From Pyrodictium occultum (GTDB lineage Archaea > Thermoproteota > Thermoprotei_A > Sulfolobales > Pyrodictiaceae): a stretch of DNA of 32,000 nt. Position numbers and translations under genes: made by a program. Below are positions 31,588 through 32,000 of the stretch, piece after piece. The notes below the pieces were generated by a model, which did not search any database, had not been told where the DNA came from, and was given only the letters and a program-made list of their open reading frames with translations. Numbering within the stretch: position 1 is the stretch's first letter; every line of letters starts with the position of its first letter. Location of the stretch: positions 1,440,001-1,472,000 of the forward strand of contig NZ_LNTB01000001.1 of the NCBI RefSeq assembly GCF_001462395.1. Direction: 5' to 3'.

Positions 31588-32000
31588 CTAGGAGGCTGGG
31601 CTCTCCCCGTGGCGGCTCCTCGCTGCCTGGTAGAGCCTCCTCCCGGCCTCTAGGGCCCAGCTCCCGGCCTCCAGCCGGCCTAGCAGCCCCGGGTCAACTG
31701 CCTCGAGCCCGCCGTGGGCGGCGGCGAGCGCGGCCGCCATAGCCGCGGCGGCGTCGGCGGAGCCGGGGGCTACGGCCGCAGCGGTCCTGGCCGCCTCGAG
31801 CGGGTTGCCCGGGCTCTCCATGTAGGCGTAGAGGGCTGCAGCGAAGGGGTGGGGGTCGCCGCCCGGCACCGGGGCTAGGAGCCTCGCCGCTCTCCCCAGG
31901 GGCTCCCCTGCCAGGTCCTCGAGCCTCGCCATCAGCTCTCTGAGCACCGGGTCCCCTGCCTCGTCGGCGAGCACGCCGGCCAGCCGGCGGGGGCTTAGCC
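31588..32000 (-). CDS. ADP-ribosylglycohydrolase-like protein, C-terminal part (gene continues past the window end)
   Basis: The frame is open to nt 32000. The C-terminal 'PGSADAAAAMAAALAAAHGGLEAVDPGLL' resembles the ARH-family 'GGDTDT.AAI.GA..GA.yG...IP' region but with degenerate acidic residues. Confidence 0.4.
   Translation of the reverse strand, partial: LSPRRLAGVLADEAGDPVLRELMARLEDLAGEPLGRAARLLAPVPGGDPHPFAAALYAYMESPGNPLEAARTAAAVAPGSADAAAAMAAALAAAHGGLEAVDPGLLGRLEAGSWALEAGRRLYQAARSRHGESPAS

Overview
This is a tightly packed, high-GC but compositionally uneven archaeal chromosome segment. AGG/ATA-rich codon usage, short AT-rich TATA-like islands, GGTG-type SD motifs before internal operon genes, N-anchored surface proteins with Thr-rich linkers, and ThiDN/AglH-type genes suggest a hyperthermophilic crenarchaeon (Desulfurococcales/Aeropyrum-like). 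That assignment is a guess. All calls come from reading the supplied translations and the DNA; no searches were run.

The left half (1-14.7 kb) holds two tandem paralogous ribbon-helix-helix proteins and a large Cys-rich secreted protein with a type-IV-pilin-like signal, which lies downstream of an AglH-like GlcNAc-1-P transferase. It also holds ThiDN, an ABC-2 exporter pair, a sugar nucleotidyltransferase, a thioesterase, a secreted beta-propeller protein, an M17 leucyl aminopeptidase and several small membrane or low-complexity proteins.

The right half (14.7-30.6 kb) is the interesting part: a class-I chelatase plus transporter supercluster. On the minus strand, a split CobN (N part, then C part) and a ChlI-AAA+/vWA (ChlD-like) fusion are joined by NTGA stop/start overlaps. 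Diverging from them on the plus strand are an anchored PQQ-like beta-propeller, a 514-aa protein whose C-terminal 6-7 TM domain looks like an ECF S-component, a duplicated-NBD ECF ATPase and an EcfT/CbiQ-like T component. A second, markedly lower-GC, full-length CobN paralog follows.

The two divergent operons share a perfect 46-bp palindrome made of mirrored TATA-containing operator-like elements. Next to it is a perfect 227-bp tandem duplication of the promoter and 5' end of the propeller gene. The palindrome core TGGTGCACCA, or its GTGCACCAC variant, recurs at the 5' ends of another beta-propeller gene and of the second cobN.

I found no rRNA, tRNA, CRISPR array, transposase or integrase.
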